A stretch of 64,000 nucleotides of DNA from Octopus sinensis. Its lineage: Eukaryota. Where the stretch lies: NCBI RefSeq assembly GCF_006345805.1, contig NC_042998.1, positions 187,240,001-187,304,000 of the forward strand. The letters run 5' to 3'. The position numbers and the translations under genes are program-made. This document shows, in pieces, positions 12,289-26,122 of the stretch (position 1 is the first letter of the stretch; each line of letters begins with the position of its first letter). The notes beneath the pieces were generated by a model that worked only from the letters and a program-made list of their open reading frames with translations, was not told where the DNA came from and did no database searches.

Positions 12289-12967
12289 GCTCCCTGTACT
12301 TCTTTCCTCTCTTCATTACAACTACATACAGCACTTAAACTATCAGCTACATTTGTAGGCTATCTCAACTGTATGCATACATTGTTTCGTAGTTTCCCCC
12401 ACTGCAAACTAATCTTGCACATCCTTTATATTTGAAGACATGCTGGCCAGTCTTTTACACTGAACACAAGGGAAAATAGGAAAAGCAATGATAATGATGA
12501 TTGACTTTCTGGCGATATTCCATGCACAAACTTCTGGAAAGCTGAAGCAAATTCATCTTAATAAAGGATATTCATTAAGATAATTAGCAAAACAGTGCTT
12601 AAAATACTCCAAGAAATGATTTCATTGATTTGTTTGGATTACTAAGATGCTGGGAAACTGCTTTGTAATATGATGAAATGGTAAAAGTAAAATAAATATT
12701 CCTATAATACTTTTGAAAACCACATTAATATCATTTCAAGTCAATCACTTAAAACTATTCGAAAATGAAGATGAGTTTTATAATAGTAGTAGTTATAATG
12801 ATAATAATTGTTGAGTGTATAAACTATTTAATATAAAAATAAGTAAAGAGGAGCTGTGACTAGGAAGAAAAGAAAATAATAAATCAATAACATCAAATAT
12901 ATCAACAAAATTGGCCTTGTGTTTTATTTAAGAAAAAAATCTGATAGAATTCCACTAATACATATAT

Positions 12968-13196
12968 TTCTTTACTACCCACAAGGGGCTAAACACAGAA
13001 TGGACAAACAAGAACAGACAAACGGATTAAGTCAATTATATCGACCCAGTGTGTAACTGGTACTTTATTTATCGACCCCGAAAGGATGAAAGACGAAGTC
13101 GACCTCGGTGGAATTTGAACTCAGGACATAGCGACAGACGGAATATGGCTATGCATTTCGCCCGGCATGCTAACGTTTCTGCCAGCTCGCTGCCTT
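12968..13196 (-). mobile_element. SINE family B1
   Basis: Reverse complement of GGCGGCGAGCTGGCAGAAACGTTAGC..GGGTAGTAAAGAAATA consensus shared by six copies. Confidence 0.88.
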
Positions 13197-14239
13197 ATTT
13201 CACTAATATATAAGGTAATGGTGTTAATCAGAATTGTGGAGCACATAATTAGAAGATTAGATACTTGTCAGTTTACAACTTTCTAAATACAAATTCTATC
13301 AAAGTTAGCTTTACATTTTGCTTCTAAAGTAATATCGTTATACTAATATCGTATGTTCAATCTTCAATGTATTTTCAGCCTTATTTATTGCCAAGAAGAA
13401 TTAATAAAAGAACAGTTAAAAGCTAAATGATGAATATAATAGAATATTAGGTGCATGACCTCTTGGCTTTCTCTTTGAAGCCAATAAATATTAGCTACAA
13501 AAAGTATTGACACCCTGCAGTATCCAGGTATATACTGCAGAGTAGTGTAGTTTAAAATGCCAAACTTCCTTTAACCAACAGAACATCCATACTCTGTTCT
13601 TATAAAAATAAAGTTACAATCCTTATCCTCTTATTATGCAAGGTTTTTATTCTACTTATTTTACTTCTAGATTTTATGCTCTAGAACTTGAAGACTATAC
13701 TCAACTATATTCACCTTACTATATTTTAATTTTCCTTTAGAGGTGTGGTCTTTAAAACTAATATGTTTTATGTATAAATTGAAAGCAAGATGAATTAATA
13801 TATCCTTTCTACTATAGGCACAAGGCCTTTAAATTTTGCAGGGAGGGGTATAGTTGATTGCATGGACCCAGTACTCAATTGGTACTTAATTTATCAACCT
13901 CATGATGAAAAGTAAAGTTCACCTTTTTGGAGTTTGAATGCAAACATAAAGATGGACAAAATACCACTAAGTGTGCTAACAATTCTGCCAGCTCACTGCC
14001 TTAAGACATGAATTAATGTATAAACAGCTGGTAGTTATTACAGGATTGAGACAACCGCTTCAGAAATAAGTTCTTGGTGTGCTGTGTCTATGATCTGGTT
14101 TCAATTCAAAATTGTTATCTTACATCATTCATTTTTCTCTCCCATAAAGGTTTTCGATCTAGCATAAGCAAGCAAGTCAATAAAGTGCTGGACTAAATGT
14201 TTTATATTTCATTCCATATCTCATAGTATGGAATTCAAA

Positions 14240-14535
14240 TCCCACTAGTGTTGGCATGTGAAAAAGAAACATTCGAGCGAGGTCATTGCCAGTGCTGCTG
14301 GACTGGCTCCTGTGCAGGTGGCACATAAAAAGCACCATTTGAGCATGGCTGTTGCCAGTACCACTTAACTGGCCCTCGTGCCAGTGGCATGTAAAAGCAC
14401 CCACTACACACTCGGAGTGGTTGGTGTTAGGAAGGGCATCCAGCTGTAGAAACTTTGCCAGATCAGATTGGAGTCTGGTGCAGCCATCTGGTTTGCCAGT
14501 CCTCAGTCAAATCAAACGATGATGATGATGATTTT
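14240..14535 (+). mobile_element. Family C repeat (RTE 3' UTR-derived)
   Basis: Family C motifs and (GAT)n tail. Confidence 0.8.
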
Positions 14536-14837
14536 CTAAGTTGGGTGGTTTAACCAGGGCTGGAAAACCAGTGAGCTGCACCAGGTTCCAGTCTGATTTC
14601 GCTTGGTTTCTCCAGCTTGGTGTTTGATAAAAATAAGCACTAGTAACCTATTGGATTATTTATATCAAATGATTATTTCAATTTTTTAACAATAACTTTG
14701 TCATTTAGAAGAATAAAGAAATATATATTACTTAATTAGAGGCACACTAAGCAGTACTGAATGAAATATTATTATAATTATATGTAGTCAAATTTAATAT
14801 ATTTGTGTACATTCGAACATCTTAAATATGTCTCTAC

Positions 14838-15460
14838 ATAACTGTAGTGGCACAAGCATTCAGTGCTATAATGGATGAGATCTCGTGGCAGCCACTGCCA
14901 TGTCTGAGACTGGAGCGAAACCTCACCTGCATCCATCTGCCATGCGCGAGATTGGCATTAGGAAGGGCATCCAGCTGCAGAAACTCTGCCAGATCAGATT
15001 GGAGTCTGGTTCGCCAGACCTCAGTCAAATCGTCCAACCCATGCTAGCATGGAAAGCGGATGTTAAACGATGATGATTATGAAGATGATGATGATGAGAT
15101 CACAACGAGGCTCACGATGGCAAACTGGATATAAGGGCCCAACAAAAACAGATTCATTCTCTTTTCACCACAAGCTCTTGCTGAGCACACTTCACTGGCT
15201 GGACCTCCAAGCTAGTCCTGTCTGCATGTTGTATCTCCAGAGGCAATGGGCCTGCGTTAACAGAGATACAATTGAACGCACACAGCTTGAGATGGAATGC
15301 AAACTTCACCTATTCAGTGAAACTTGTAAATAAACCAGTTGTAAATTGCATTTGTACTTAAAGACTTCTTTCTTCACCTGCCGGAGCCTGAACTACACGA
15401 AGAACAAGATTTAATAGGAGAAGGCAATATTCACCCTATATCGTAAACCTTGCCTCCCAT
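14838..15460. repeat. Unclassified interspersed repeat, interrupted by a family C insert at ~14952-15097; second copy at 38548-39050
   Basis: Colinear similarity, e.g. GGATGAGATCTC.., CTCCAGAGGCAATG.., CCGGAGCCTGAAC..CACGAAGAAC, TATCGTAAACCTTGCC. Confidence 0.75.
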
Positions 15461-16244
15461 TATATAACTATAATTTCACCAGGTGACATATTTCTATACT
15501 ATATTCTTACTGAACTGAAAAATCAAGATTTCATAAAACTGTTCCCTTTATTTTGCCATTTTCATTTTTATTTTATTATTTATTTATTTATTTATTTATT
15601 TATGTATTTATTTATTTATTGTAAAAATGCATGAACCTCTTTTCCTCCTTTTCTGTAACTTAATATCTTCAATCAGGTGACAGTTACTTCCCTTGAATAC
15701 TTTTGCTGCAGAAACAAAAATAAAAAATAAAAAAGTGAAAATAAACAAAAAATCTGAATATTATTCTGAGGACATAATTTCACCTGTTTTTAGAATAATC
15801 TTCTTAAATCTAGACTTAAATGAACTTATTAGTTGGGTTCATTTCAACATCCAAGCAACACCCAAAAAATTTTCTCAAAATAACTCAGATATTTTCTTCA
15901 GAAAGTTGATTCCCTTAGCAACAAAATAACTATTCTGATTATCTTAACTCAATCTTTTAATTAATTTCTTTTTAATCATCTTTTTTCCTTGCTTTTTTTT
16001 TCACAAATATTTTGAAATAAACTTGCCAAATTATTGTTAATAATAATCATTTCTCGATGAAATTATCCTAAATCTAAAACAACAGATGGAATAAACTTGC
16101 CTAATTAGTGTTAATAATAATAATCATTTCTTGATTATCCTAAATCTAAAAGAACAGATGAATTATATTTCATTTTAAAATAGAAAATATCTTTGAAAAG
16201 AGAATAAAATTTCACATTTCTAGGTAATATATATAATAATAATG

Positions 16245-16490
16245 AAATTATTGTATACAGTGCTCAGGTGCACCACAACTTGTCAGAAAGTGCGTATAGA
16301 GTATATGCAGTAATGTACAAATGTCTGGAAAGCGAACAATGCATGAGTCAGATACATGCTTGCGTGTGTATGGAGGGGAGAAAATCAGGTGTAGTGTTGG
16401 CTAATCTCAGAAAGCATGGAAGTTTTGAAGAATGCAGTGCTCCGACAACTAACAACTGATGCCGGCAGTTTGTTCCATACTTCAGCAATT
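16245..16490 (-). mobile_element. CR1-type LINE 3' end fragment
   Basis: Near-identical to 25015-25260. Confidence 0.85.
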
Positions 16491-16974
16491 CTCGTTCCTG
16501 TATTTCCAAAAAACATTATTGCCAACAAGTGGAAACAGTTGAGAGCAGAATCAAAAACTAGGTCGTATTAAAAACTTTCTTCCCAAAAAAGGAAGTTAAT
16601 TGTCCTGAAAATTATAAACCAATGGACTTACATCTGTACTCAAACATTAAGTATTAATATGGTTGTGAGGAGCAGGTGTGGTGGTGTTGTTGAAAAGTTT
16701 GTTTCTTGACAGTGTTATCTCTTCAGTCCTACTGTGTAATACCTTGAGCAAAGTGCCTTATACCCTAGACCCAGATTGACAAAAACCTGGTGAGTGGAAT
16801 TCATAGAAAGAAACTAAAGGAAATCCATGAGGTAAAAAGTTTGCTTTTCAACCGCATGGTTCTGGGTCCAGTCCCACTGCATGTCACCTTGGGCAAGTAT
16901 CTTCTACTATATAGCCTCGGCCTGACCAAAGCCTTATGAGTGGATTTGGTTGGCAGGAACTGAAAGGGGCCCAT

Positions 16975-17394
16975 GGTTCAATCAAAATTGAACCAAATTC
17001 ATTGTCTGGCACCCATGCTAGTGGAGCGCCAACAGCTCCATCTGAGTGAGATCACTGCCAGAGCAGTTGTCTGGCTTCCGTGCCGGTGGCACGTAAACAA
17101 AACATTTGAGCGAGGTCGTTGCTAGTGCTTCTGGACTGGCTCCTGTGCAGGTGGCACGTAAAAAACATCATTTGAGCGTGGCCATTGCCAGTACTGCCAG
17201 ACTGGCCCTCATGCCAGTGGCACGTAAAAGCACCCACTACACTCTCAGAGGGGTTGGTGTTAGGAAGGGCATCCAGCTGTAGAAACTCTGCCGGATCAGA
17301 TTGGAGCCTGGTACAGCCATCTGGTTCGCCAGTCCTCAGTCAAATCGTCCAACCCGTGCTAGCATGGAAAGCGGACATTAAATGATGATGATGA

Positions 17395-17400
<6 letters not shown>
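16975..17400 (+). mobile_element. Family C repeat (RTE 3' UTR-derived), followed by (AT)n(GT)n
   Basis: Family C motifs and (GAT)n tail. Confidence 0.82.
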
Positions 17401-17472
<72 letters not shown>

Positions 17473-19344
17473 GTGTGTGTGTGTGTGTGTGTGTTTGTGT
17501 GTGTGTGTGCATACATATAGTCCACAGATGAGATCCAGAGATTCTCAGGATAGAAGACACTTAGTAGTGCTCAAATAATTCAAACTTAGACTCTGATGTC
17601 TTTAGAAGGTATCAATTTCATGGGGTAAAGAATGGCTATAAGCGGGATCAAGTTGAATCGATATAGAAGCAATTATGCAGATAAACAAATTAGATATATT
17701 AAATATAACAGTGTGATATGAAATACTAAGTATGTATATATGTATACATATGCCTATGTACTGCCCATGTTGGGAATCACTGGTTTATACTATACTGTGA
17801 CTGCCACAATTCCTGTGATAGACTGGCATCCCATATATATGTCATCAAACAGAGAAACTGGCCTTTATGAGTTGGTATAACTCAAAAAGGTAACTTTTTT
17901 TTACTGCCACAATAAGGATAGTTTCTAAGATTATTCAAAAACTCCAAAATTAGGGAAAGGAAAAAATAAAAATTAATGTATGCTCTGAAAACTGGTGATG
18001 GAACTCAGTGGCTTTCAACCATCTTTTGCCTATGGATACCTTTGATTCCTATTTTACTCTCCTGGACCTCCAAAGCCATTCAATGTATATTTTTTAAAAT
18101 CGTACAGTTTTTTTTTTTTACAATTAAATGTTATTAGAAATAATTTTTTTAATTAAGTATTATTATGAATTTTTATAATTAAATATTATTAGGAATTGTT
18201 AATATTTGTAGGAATTGAAACAAAAAGGACATATTAGAAAATATTGTTCTATATATACAAAAAAAGATGTGATTGTCAAAGCTGGAATGCCTTTGATCAC
18301 AGGTCTTTTCATTAGGACTAACATTAAACGAGAAAGATAACATAGCTTTCAGAGAATCACTTCAGATAATCTAATATTGTTTGATTCTCTTTTGATACTG
18401 CCTACTCCTCCACCTCCTTCTCCTCCTCCACCTTATCATTGTCATTGCTGTCATCATTATCATCATCATTGTCATCGTCGTTGTCACCATTGTCATCATC
18501 ATCAGTTTATGTTTGCTTTCCCTGCCAGTATGAGATGGACATGTTACAGTTCAAGCCTGTTTTTATTCAGAATCACTTAGATAGGTCAGAGGAGCATGTC
18601 TCACTCTTACTTTCCAATTTTTGGTAAGGAATCTATGACTGGATGTCCTCCTAACATTGAACCATTTTACAGAGTATACTAGATACATTTTATTATGGCA
18701 CCAACACTAGGGAGGTGTCCATATCCTCAGAATAACTAAAGAGATCTTTTGAACCTATGCTGTCTCTACTAGTATGATGACCATTTTACAGAATGTACTA
18801 AATGCATTTTATCATGGTACCAGAACTAGTGAGGTTGCCTTGTACTCTGTCAGACTAATGCTACATTGGCATTCAAGTACCAAATAATAAACAAACAACA
18901 TAAAGTAATTGCAACAAATGCACTGAATAAATACATCAAATGTGGGTCATTTGTCTAGAATAACATGTTTAGTTTATAATTGTTATTATTAATTAAATTT
19001 ATAATTTCAGTCATATGATTATTTACTTCCATGTTATGGTTGTGTGATTAAGAAATTTGCTTCCCAACCACATGAGGTTCAGTTGCAGTACATGACACCT
19101 TGGCTATGGGTCTTCTACTATAGCTCTGGAGCAACTAAAGTCTTATTATGTGGATAGAACCACATAAAAAGCACTCATGCCAGTTCTATTTAGGAGCGCT
19201 CTTGCTGGTACCACGTTAAAAGCACCCAGCAAAGTGGATGACATTAAAAAGGGTATCCAACTAGAGAAACCAAGCCAAATCAGACTGGAACCTGGTGCAG
19301 CTCACTGGCTTTCCAGCCCTGGTTAAACCACCCAACTTAGAAAA

Positions 19345-19800
19345 TCATCATCATCATCATCATTTAACGTCTGCTTTCTATGCTAGCATGGGTTGGACGA
19401 TTTGACTGAGGTCTGGCGAATCAGATGGCTGCACCAGGCTCCAATCTGATCTGACAGAGTTTCTACAGCTGGATGCCCTTCCTAATGCCAGCCACTCTGA
19501 GAGTGTAGTGGGTGCTTTTACGTGCAACTGGTACAAGGGCCAGTTAGGTGGTACTGGCAAAAGCCATGCTCAAATGGTGCTTTTTATGTGCCACCTGCAC
19601 AGGAGCCAGTCAAGCGGCACTGGCAACGACCTTGTTCAAATGTGTTTTTTTCATGTGCCACCAGCACAAGAACTTGTAAGGCGACGCAGGTAACGATCAC
19701 ACTCGAATGGTGTTTTTAACATGCCATCAGCATGGAGGCCAGCTCGTTGCTCTGGCAACGATCTCACTCATATGGTACTTCTAGCGCTCCACTAGCAATG
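19345..19800 (-). mobile_element. Family C repeat (RTE 3' UTR-derived)
   Basis: Family C motifs on the minus strand. Confidence 0.82.
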
Positions 19801-20402
19801 GATTATTTTTTTAAATCTCTCCGAGAGATTTATATAGTAGCAGCACAATAAAGTGATGGCATGTTGTCAACTTAATGTAACAGTCCCACGAAAGGGAAGA
19901 ATGCTACTGCTATTTAGCCCTAGGAAACATTGTTTCCTGTTGGCCTTGACACATTTCCTGTGTCCTTATGTTTACAAAGGGGAGATAAGCACCTCCACCC
20001 AGCAAAGCCAGCATCCAGAGACTAGTTTCGAAGTCATTGCTCATCATCAGTCTGGAGTAGCATGGATGTTAAAGAATGATGATGATGAACTAAAAAAGCC
20101 CATTGTGTGTGTGTCTCTTTGTCTACTGTGTGATTGTTGTAAGTAAGCATCAACGTCATACAGGTAGTGTCATTCATTTCCAGTCTTCTTTGTAAACATG
20201 TCCATCCATTGGAAATTAATACCTTGGTTGAAATAGATGTGAATTGAAGAATGGAGTGGCATCTGGTTGTAGAGAATCTGCCTCAACAAATCCAAGCATG
20301 GAAAAGTGAACATTAAATGAGGATGATGATGTTTTTATAGAAAATAATCTGATAAATATCTTATTGAAGAAAGAAGCCTTCCAGGGTCAAAGCAGCCTTT
20401 AA

Positions 20403-20622
20403 CCCCTTTGTTACCAACCCAGCTGAGACCGGCTCTAGCTCTGAGTACAAATGTCTTGTTTTCATAAGCTTTGAATTAAAATCTTCCACCAAACCTTAGT
20501 CACAATTTATGTTCCTAACACTAGCTGAATGATAACTAAATTATTTTATTAAATTCTTTGTTATACTTAAAGTAATTGAGAGAGACACAGAGCATCTCAA
20601 AATAAATACAGTAACGAAAGGG
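20403..20622. mobile_element. piggyBac-type MITE, second family
   Basis: TTAA|CCCCTTTGTTAC..GTAACGAAAGGG|TCAA termini. Confidence 0.7.
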
Positions 20623-21659
20623 TCAAATATTGAATACTAGCAGTAATACCTGTCATTGATTGGGTAATTACTTTTACTGTTTCTTGGGAGCTACATTCAA
20701 AGTATTATTATATATATAATTTACTCCTCCTGTATGTGTGTATTTTTATAAGAGGAAAATATGAAATAGTTGAAGTAGAAAAAAGATCAATTTCATACAT
20801 GAACTTCTGTTTGTTTATTATATGACAATAATAAGGTGTTATTTTATTTATTAATACAGACCTGGCGTTGTGAGTATTTATTGAGCAAAAAACACCTAAA
20901 GTTCCACGAAGCTCCAGCAGTGGGTGGTGGCGAACCTTGCTGTACTATTTCACCACAACTTTCTCTCACTCTTTCTTCCTGTTTCTGTTGTGCCTGTACT
21001 TCAAAGGGCCAGCCTTGTCACACTCTTTGGTGAGAATATTCGCCTCAATGCAGTTCCTCAGGAGGTATGTGCACAATCAGTATTGTACCATGGCATAATT
21101 TTTGCTGGTCAGCCCTGATTGAGCAAGACCTATGATCAAAAGCATTCCAACTGTGACCATCCAATCCTTTTGTACATGTATGATTACACTGTTCAATGTG
21201 TCCCTTTCAAAGCTCCTAGGGTTTAGTTAAAGGGAGATTTGGCTGCTATTTCTAGGAAGTCGAGTGACTACAAACAAGCTTTTTCCTTGAATCACTTTAC
21301 ATACTTTTAATGGTAATGGGTGGTGCTTATGGAGAGGTAGTAGTGGGGATGATTAAAATAAGTATCAGTTATCTACTGAATCTGATTTAATGGATTATAC
21401 CATTTACCCTTGCACAAAGAGCCTTGTACCACAACAACAGCAAAAAAATCATCAATAAATAGCCTACAATGGAATCTAACGTTTCTCCATATTTTCTGCA
21501 GCAGTTTTCTTTTTCACTCTCAGTTTTAAACATAATTTATTGAATAGCCTCCAGATAAAATTCAATTAACCTTCTTAATTTGTATATAGGTCTGTTTATG
21601 TATTTATATATTTTTCATTTCATTTATTTATTATTTATTTATTTCATTCTTATTTGCTT

Positions 21660-21684
21660 ATATATATATAAAGATAGATAGATT

Positions 21685-21736
<52 letters not shown>

Positions 21737-21781
21737 CATACATACATACATACATACATACATACATACATACATACATAC

Positions 21782-21843
<62 letters not shown>

Positions 21844-21900
21844 CGATAGATAGACAGATAAATAGATAGACAGACAGACAGACAGGCAGACAGATAGATT
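21660..21900 (+). repeat. (GATA)n(CATA)n(GATA)n(GACA)n microsatellite
   Basis: Read directly. Confidence 0.97.
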
Positions 21901-22589
21901 GATGAACACATATTTATTTACTTGTTTTTGTTGTGTTCTTACTTTTCAGAAATTTAGTGTTGAGTATTTAACAAAAAAGTTGGTTTCAGATAGAAATTTT
22001 ATGTTTGAAATAACCACTTTGAATGAGTGATTTTAAAGAGTGGTTTGCCATTTAAACTATTTTTCGTGCTGCTGGTTGTCTGAATGCTTTTATAGTATAT
22101 CTTGATAAAAAGATTCTATGAGTCCTGCTTCCCTTGCCATTTCTCCCACTTTTAGTAATTTCTCTACCAATTCCATTCCATCAAAGTTGTCTGATTTATA
22201 TAATAGTGATTGCATCATGATAAATACAACCACTTCTATTCTTTTCCTTTTGATTCTTTTTTATCAGAGATAAATCCTTTTTAAAGTGACTTAGTATTAA
22301 ACAATACTAAGCACATTCATGTATTTTCGGTTTCGCTTTTTTTTATTCAAATACAGTTGCTTCACATTCAGATTATAGTTTTCCATTAGCAATAAACAGG
22401 CATACCATCTTGTCATCATCATTGATTTAAAGTCCATATTTCTTTGCCTGCATGAATAAGGCACAGACTCTTTTACTGATGCAGATATTTCTACAGCCAG
22501 ATTCAGTTCCTGTCATTAATTTTTTACTGTTTGCAATCGAAGTAATATTTCCCCATAGCCAGACATGTTTTCACAGGGTACCTGAAATG

Positions 22590-22990
22590 AATAGAATTCA
22601 TTTGCAATACTTGTGCCTGTGCTAGTAGGGTGCCAAGAGCACCATCTGAGCGTGATTGTTGCCAGAGCAGCCAACTGGCTTCCGTGCCGGTGGCACGTAA
22701 AAGGGCACCATTCGAGCATGATCGTTACCAACGTCGCCTTACTGGTACCTGTGCCGGTGGCATGTGTAAAAAGATTCGAGCGAGGTCATTGCCAGTACCA
22801 CCTGACTGGCCCCTGTGCCAGTGGCACGTACAAAGCACCCATTACACTCTTAGAGTGGTTGGCGTTAGGAAGGGCATCCAGCTGTAGAAACTCTGCCAGA
22901 TCAAGATTGGAGCCTGGTACAGCCATCTGGTTCGCTAGCCCTTAGTCAAAATCCCCCAACCCATGCTAGCATGGAAAGCGGACGTTAAAC

Positions 22991-23020
<30 letters not shown>
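22590..23020 (+). mobile_element. Family C repeat (RTE 3' UTR-derived)
   Basis: Family C motifs and (GAT)n tail. Confidence 0.85.
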
Positions 23021-23021
<1 letters not shown>

Positions 23022-24534
23022 CAATGTCAAGACAAGGAAACACAAATATACTCACACATACATATACCCACACACATACTTATATATACATGTGTGTGTG
23101 TTTATGCATGTGTGTGTGTGTACAATGATCTTCTCTTAGTTTCCATTGACTAATTTCACTCACATGGCTTTGGTTGGTCCAGAGCTACAGTAGAAGAAGC
23201 CCAGGGTACCACAAGGTTGGACTGAACCTGTAACCATGTGGTTGAGAAGCAAACTTCCTAACCTCACACCCATGTCTGCACCTGTCCTCACCTGCACCTA
23301 TATCACCTGAGCATATAGAGATGACATTTGGTATTTATTTTTTTAAGAGCTTCTGAAACCAAATAAATTTTTTTAAAAATTTAACTGGGAACCTAAATCG
23401 GCTGGAAATCTTGTATTAAATTTTTTTTTTTAGGATTGACTAAATTGGCACAAGTAATTAAATCGGTAGCTTAATTTAACTGGCATGAGCAATTAAATAC
23501 ACGCACACACACACACATATATATATATAATTGCTTTTAGAATAAAATATATTTAATTACATTACAGAAATGGCTAGTGCCCAACTTAATCATTGAACAT
23601 AGTGTCAATGCCGAAACTGAATACCAATGTAAAGTGCAGAAAGGGATAAGGGACATCAATGTAATCCATATTAAGGATAAAATGCTACAAATCAGTTAAT
23701 TTTAAGTGACTTCAGCTATTTAATGTACCTTTTCAGGAGTTGATGTTTAGATATTTAAGTTATGACGAAAAACCTACTTGATGAAATTTGCTCTCTCAGA
23801 CTCTCCCTTTCACTAAATACCAGTACAAATTACAATGATAGCAGTAATCAACGGGGTGGGAAACTTCTACACAGTCACTTGATTTGCTAAAAATAGCATC
23901 CAAATCTCCTTCAGATGACACCTTCTTATTTTTAAAAAAAGGAATGTCACATAAAGTAATACAGTGTTAGATACTCCTCAAAAGAAGGGATGGCCATAGC
24001 TAGAATGCTTTTGATCATAAATCAGTCAAAGTTGACAATAATTATGATGGTATTAAGGAAAGACTGGAGGTGACAAACTGGCAGAATCATTAGCAAGTTG
24101 AGTAAAATCCTTTGTGGTATTTCATCTGTCTTTATGACCTGAGTTCAAATTCTGTTGAGGTTGACTATACTTTTATCCTTTTGGGGTCAATAAAATAAGA
24201 ACCAGTTGAGTATTGGGGTCAGTGTAATTGATTTACCTGCTCCCCAAAAATTGCTGGCCTTGTGTCAAAATTTGATACCAAATTAAGAAAAAGACTTCAG
24301 TAGGACCATAACTCAGGGGTTGAATTTAATTCAAACATGAGAGAAAGTAAAAGTTGTTGCCAAATTGCATAAAGGGCAAACTCGATTCCTTGACTGCAGT
24401 GAAAGCTTCCGTGTACAAAGAAACCAGCATTTTATCCATTCATATATGGGCGCTCCATGTCATGTCTTTAAACCCTCCTGAGTAACTTTATTAAGTTTGG
24501 TGTAACTTTAAGGCTCAGTTGTATCTCTCACATG

Positions 24535-24860
24535 AAGGTACGTGGCTTAGTGGTTAGAGTATTTGGCTCATGATTGTAAGGTTATGAGTTCAATTCCTGG
24601 CAATGCATTGTGTCCTTGAGCAAGACACTTCATTTCACATTGCTCCTGTCCACTCAGCTGACAAAAATGAGTAGTACCTGTATTTCAAAAAGGCCAGCAT
24701 TGTCACACTCTGTGTCAAGCTGAATCTCCCTGAGAACTATGTTAAAGGTGCATGTGTCTGTGGAGTGCTCAGCCACATGCACGTTAATTTCACAAGCAGG
24801 CTGTTCCATTGATCAGATCAACTGGAACCGTCATTGTCATAACTGGTGGAGTACCATAGC
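24535..24860 (+). mobile_element. SINE family D (tRNA head plus CORE-like domain)
   Basis: A box TGGCTTAGTGG, B box GAGTTCAATTCC, then GTCCTTGAGCAAGACACTT. Confidence 0.8.
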
Positions 24861-25014
24861 TCTCACACTTATACTTTTTTTATAATAATCATCTACACAT
24901 TGACTCCAGTTGCAGCACATGCTTCTATGCAGATAACATCAATATACATTGTTATGTCTTCTTTTCACACAAATCTCATCTCAATGTGACTTATAATAAA
25001 ATAATAATCATTAA

Positions 25015-25545
25015 ATTATTGTATACAGTGCTCAGGTGCACCACAACTTGTCAAAAGTGCGTATAAAGTATATGCAGTAATGTAGAAATGTCTGGAAAGT
25101 GAGCAGTGTATGAGTCAGATACATGCTTGCGTGTGCATGGAGGGGAGAAATTCAGGTGTAGTGTTGGCGAATCTGAGGAAGCATGGAAGTTTTGAAGGAT
25201 GCATTGCTCCAACAACTAACAACTGATGCCAGCAATTTGTTCCATACTTCAGCAACTCTTAGTGTGAAAAAATGTCTCCAAAAGTCATGGGAGCTGTGCT
25301 GTTTTCTGACTTTGTAAACATGTCCACGGGTGTTAGACAGGTGGAGTTTGAAAAGGTGCTCAGAGTTATTGTTTGTAAGATGGTTAATAATTTTATGGGT
25401 GTCTACCAAGTCAGCTGCCAGACGTTGGAGTTTCAATGTGTCCATGCCCAGGGAAGTAAGGCGTTCAGAATATGGCAAATACCTGATGGGGGGTATTCTC
25501 TTGGTTGCATGTCGCTGAACGGCTTCCAGAAGATTAATATCTATT
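25015..25545 (-). mobile_element. CR1-clade LINE, 5'-truncated 3' end
   Basis: ORF 25152-25574 contains LLEAVQRHATKRIP..YSERLTSLGMDTLKLQRLAADLV..TRGHVYKV..FFTLRVAEVWNKL, the typical CR1 ORF2 C-terminus. Confidence 0.92.
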
Positions 25546-25758
25546 TCTTTACTACCCACAGAGAGGACAAACAAGGACAGACAAACTGATTAAGTTGATT
25601 ATATCGACCCCAGTGCGTAACTGGTACTTATTCAATCGACCCCGAAAGGATGAAAGCAAAGTCGACCTCGGTGGAATTTGAACTCAAAACGTAACGGCAG
25701 ACGAAATACGGCTACGCATTTCGCCCGGCGTGCTAACGTTTCTGCCAGCTCGCTCGCC
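25546..25758 (-). mobile_element. SINE family B1
   Basis: B1 consensus, abutting the CR1 fragment. Confidence 0.85.
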
Positions 25759-26122
25759 GCTGTCAATATCCTGGGCAAGCATCTCAAGTCAAGAATGTAT
25801 AACCTCAATAAAGAAAATCTCCCTAAACATCCTGTAATGGGAAGACATATTAAAACACACATCTCATGAAAGTAACTTATATTAATGTCATCCAATCATC
25901 ACCCAGTAGAGGAAAACTTGAATTCATTATCCGTATTGTTTTTATCTTCTCTTTAAATTGACTAAAGAAGAATAAAATATAGAATACATGAAAAATATGT
26001 AAATACAAGAGAGAAGAATAAACCATTCTAATCATGATATGCAAGTCACTTTTTAGATACTCATAGATTTGGGTGCTGTACTAAAGAAGAGTCCTCCACC
26101 CCATAGAAAAATAGCAAGATTA

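Noticed and set aside
22080-22250. Minus-strand open stretch (..MMQSLLYKSDNFDGMELVEKLLKVGEMAREAGLIESFYQDIL)
   Set aside because: Bounded by stops, with no convincing splice sites and no recognisable family.
23700-23755. Possible decayed minus-strand hammerhead (CTGAAAA..GAAG)
   Set aside because: Both core strands are mutated and stem II does not pair.
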